From contig NC_058368.1 in the NCBI RefSeq assembly GCF_018350175.1, positions 131,876,001 through 131,940,000 on the forward strand: a stretch of DNA of 64,000 nt, in the 5' to 3' direction. The position numbers and the translations under genes are program-made. Of this stretch, positions 62,438-64,000 are shown piece by piece. The DNA is from Felis catus. Lineage: Eukaryota. The notes under the pieces are model-generated. The model saw only the letters and a program-made list of their open reading frames with translations. It had not been told where the DNA came from and made no database searches. Position 1 is the first letter of the stretch. Each line of letters begins with the position of its first letter.

Positions 62438-63495
62438 TTTTTTAACAGCTTTATTGAACCCTAACTTAAAGTGAACAATTTGATGTGTTTTGGCATTTGT
62501 ATACATCTGTGAAACCTTCACCACAATCAAGACAGTGAACATATTCTTCAAGGTCCAACATGTTCTCATGCCCCTGAGTAATCCCATTTTCAATCCCCAG
62601 GCAATTACTGAAGTTCTTTCTATCACTATAAAGCAGTTTGTATTTTCTACAATTGTATTTAAATAGAATCATGTACAGTATGTTCCCTTTTTTTGTCTGG
62701 CTTCTTTCACTCAGTGTAAGTATTCTGAGATTTATCCATGCGGCTGTGTTTATCAGGAACATTCCTTTTATTACTAAATAGTATTCCATAATATAGATAC
62801 TCCACAGGTTTTTGTATAGCCATATACTTTTCTCTTCGACAGAGATGTAGAACTGAAATGGCTAGGTCATATGATAGGTGTATGTTTAACTTACTGTTTT
62901 CCAAACAGCTCATCCCATTTTACATTCCCACAAATAGTATATGAGATATCCTATCGCTCCATCCCCATTAACACTGGTGTAGTCACCCTTTAATTTTAGC
63001 CATTCTAATAGCTTGTAGTGTTATCTTGTGGTTTAATTTGCAATAATTAATAATGATGTTGAGCATCTTTTCATGTGCTTATTTGCCATCTGTATATGTA
63101 TTTTTGGTGAAGTATCCAAATCTTTTGCCCATTTTTATTATGTGTTTCCTGCTATTGGACTTTGAGTTCTTTACATACACTGGATACAAGTCTTTTCAGA
63201 TAGATGCTTTTGCAAATATTTTCTTCCAAATAGTCGCTTCTTTCTCGTCCTCATACCAGTGTCTTTTGAAAAACAAATTTTTCCATTTTGATGAGGTCTA
63301 ATTTGTTCACTTTTTTCATTTTTGGATTGAATTTTTGATGTTGTATCTAAAAAATCTTTGCCTAGCCCTAGGTCACAAAGATCTTACCCTATGTGTTCTT
63401 CTAGAAATTTTATGGTGTAAGATTTTACATTGATGTATATGATCCACTTTGAGTTAGTTTTTGTATATAGTATGAAGTATGAATCAAAATATGGT
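62438..63495 (-). mobile_element. Old L1 3' end (ORF2 C-terminus plus 3' UTR)
   Basis: tttttaacagctttattga...tgatgttgagcatcttttcatgtgcttatttgccatctgtata...tatgatccactttgagttagtttttgtata. Confidence 0.88.
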
Positions 63496-63784
63496 TTAGT
63501 CATGAGTGCCTGAGGCAGTGAAGCAGTGTTAGGACTCTTCTGATTTGGGTAAAGGTAGGGCAGGTAATTTGAACTAAAACAACTAGAAAAGCTAGACAAA
63601 TATTTAAAATCTTAAAAAAAATTTTTTTTAACACATTGGAGAACTAATAAGAAAGTGAAGGAGGAATGTCAGGGCTAACAGCCAGTGAAGAATGGGGGAA
63701 ATGGCAGAAACAACCAATAGAAATAATTATGAAGGGACTCTAGAAATTGAAATTATCAGAAATACTCTTTAAAATAAATATACT

Positions 63785-64000
63785 GGGGCGCCTGGGTGGC
63801 GCAGTCGGTTAAGCGTCCAACTTCAGCCAGGTCACGATCTCGCGGTCCGTGAGTTCGAGCCCTCGTCAGCCTCTGGGCTGATGGCTCGGAGCCTGGAGCC
63901 TGTTTCCGATTCTGTGTCTCCCTCTCTCTCTGCCCCTCCCCTGTTCATGCTCTGTCTCTCTCTGTCCCAAAAATAAATAAAAACGCTGAAAAAAAAATTT
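63785..64000 (+). mobile_element. Young felid SINEC_Fc-type element running to the window end
   Basis: Near-identical to the 36621 copy with CpGs retained. Confidence 0.96.

Larger units (their letters stand above)
44628..64000 (+). other. CWC27: Long intron of CWC27 downstream of the exon (3' end lies outside the window)
   Basis: Begins GTAAGG; the next expected peptide (EEAPPDGAVAEYRREK-like) is not seen. Confidence 0.85.

Noticed and set aside
1..64000. Prokaryotic-type systems, retrogenes, numts or snoRNA/miRNA genes
   Set aside because: None recognisable by eye; an Rfam/BLAST search would be needed to exclude small or decayed ones.

Overview
Mammalian intronic DNA from a cat-family (felid) genome, judged by about 40 carnivore tRNA-derived Can-SINEs, several of the young felid SINEC_Fc type. 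The only supportable coding feature is one 104-nt internal exon on the + strand (44524-44627, DELRKEARQLKRELLAAKQKKVENATKQAEKKSE). I recognise it as the spliceosomal cyclophilin-like gene CWC27 (SDCCAG10), equivalent to human exon 11 from memory. The rest of the window is the two very long flanking introns. These contain SINEs, old L1/L2/L3/MIR copies, hAT transposons (Charlie1a-, MER58A- and MER33-like), ERVL/MaLR LTRs and microsatellites, plus several kb-scale blocks with no recognisable repeats. All other ORFs in the track are repeat-derived or chance. I cannot demonstrate a wholly new biological system. The best leads are: (i) candidate hidden splicing architecture in this splicing-factor gene, namely an AG|GT recursive-type site at 17333, a 67-nt poison-exon candidate at 29772-29838 and a 12-nt microexon candidate at 44371-44382; (ii) one AT-rich target site present in four copies after repeated SINE insertion from both strands (53802-54619); (iii) two coding A-runs in the exon; (iv) a CTCF/AP-1 motif cluster; (v) two tail-only retro-insertions. 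Boundaries of old repeats are approximate and subfamily names come from recalled consensus similarity, not a database search.
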